This document shows positions 63,669 to 64,000 of a stretch of 64,000 nt of DNA, in pieces. The number at the start of each line of letters is the position of its first letter. Position 1 is the first letter of the stretch. Under the pieces are notes generated by a model. It was not told where the DNA came from. It ran no database searches and saw nothing but the letters and a program-made list of their open reading frames with translations. This DNA comes from Octopus vulgaris (Eukaryota). The position numbers were made by a program, and so were the translations under genes. The stretch lies in the NCBI GenBank assembly GCA_951406725.2, contig OX597839.1, positions 20,398,001 through 20,462,000 on the forward strand, read 5' to 3'.

Positions 63669-64000
63669 GGAGGCGCAATGGCCCACTGGTTTGGGCAGCG
63701 GACTCGCGGTCAAAGGATCGCAGTTTCGATTCCCAGACCGAGCATTGTGAGTGCTTATTGAGCGAAATCACCTAAAGCTCCGCGAGGCTCCGGCAGCGGG
63801 TGGTAGCGAACCCTGCTGTACTCTTTCACCACAACTTTCTCTCACTCTTTCTTCCTGTTTCTGTTGTACCTGTATTTCAAAGGGCCAGCTTTGTCACATT
63901 CTGTGTCACGCTGAATCTCCTTGAGAACTATGTTAAGGGTACAGGTGTCTGTGGAGTGCTCGGCCACTTGTACGTTAATTTCACGAGCAGGCTGTTCCGT
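63669..64000 (+). mobile_element. SINE family C, tail C1, cut by the window end
   Basis: Colinear with 16189-16541. Confidence 0.88.

Noticed and set aside
63669-63740. tRNA-like sequences at SINE heads
   Set aside because: They continue into SINE bodies and lack a proper acceptor stem and terminator, so they are not called tRNA genes.

Overview
This 64-kb window is AT-rich, extremely microsatellite-dense eukaryotic DNA. Its repeat complement resembles coleoid cephalopod (Octopus-type) intergenic or intronic sequence; that assignment is inferred from the SINE architecture and not verified by search. I recognise no host protein-coding gene, and almost every listed ORF is a translated microsatellite or SINE. 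Protein homology is confined to transposon relics: a young CR1-type LINE 3' end (3974-4754), an L1/Tx1-type 3' end (4755-5165, minus), an internally deleted mariner transposase (16881-17450) and a CR1/L2-group LINE 3' end (62429-62694). The window is dominated by three groups of tRNA-derived SINEs. Family A has about 30 copies or fragments and carries an internal (TA)n(TG)n tract. Family B is often found in tandem clusters. Family C has one head joined to three different tails. There are also several MITE families, minisatellites and local tandem duplications. The most interesting signals are SINE-LINE tail sharing, modular SINE tails, degenerate hammerhead-ribozyme-like and fold-back remnants beside (TA)n tracts, closely spaced inverted SINE pairs, a 55-bp target-site duplication, a GG-terminal MITE with 8-bp TSDs and internal CCCTAA repeats, and a few candidate regulatory islands (CTCF, NRF1, E2F motifs). 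I did not find convincing evidence of a wholly new biological system. Coordinates were counted by eye and may be off by a few bases.
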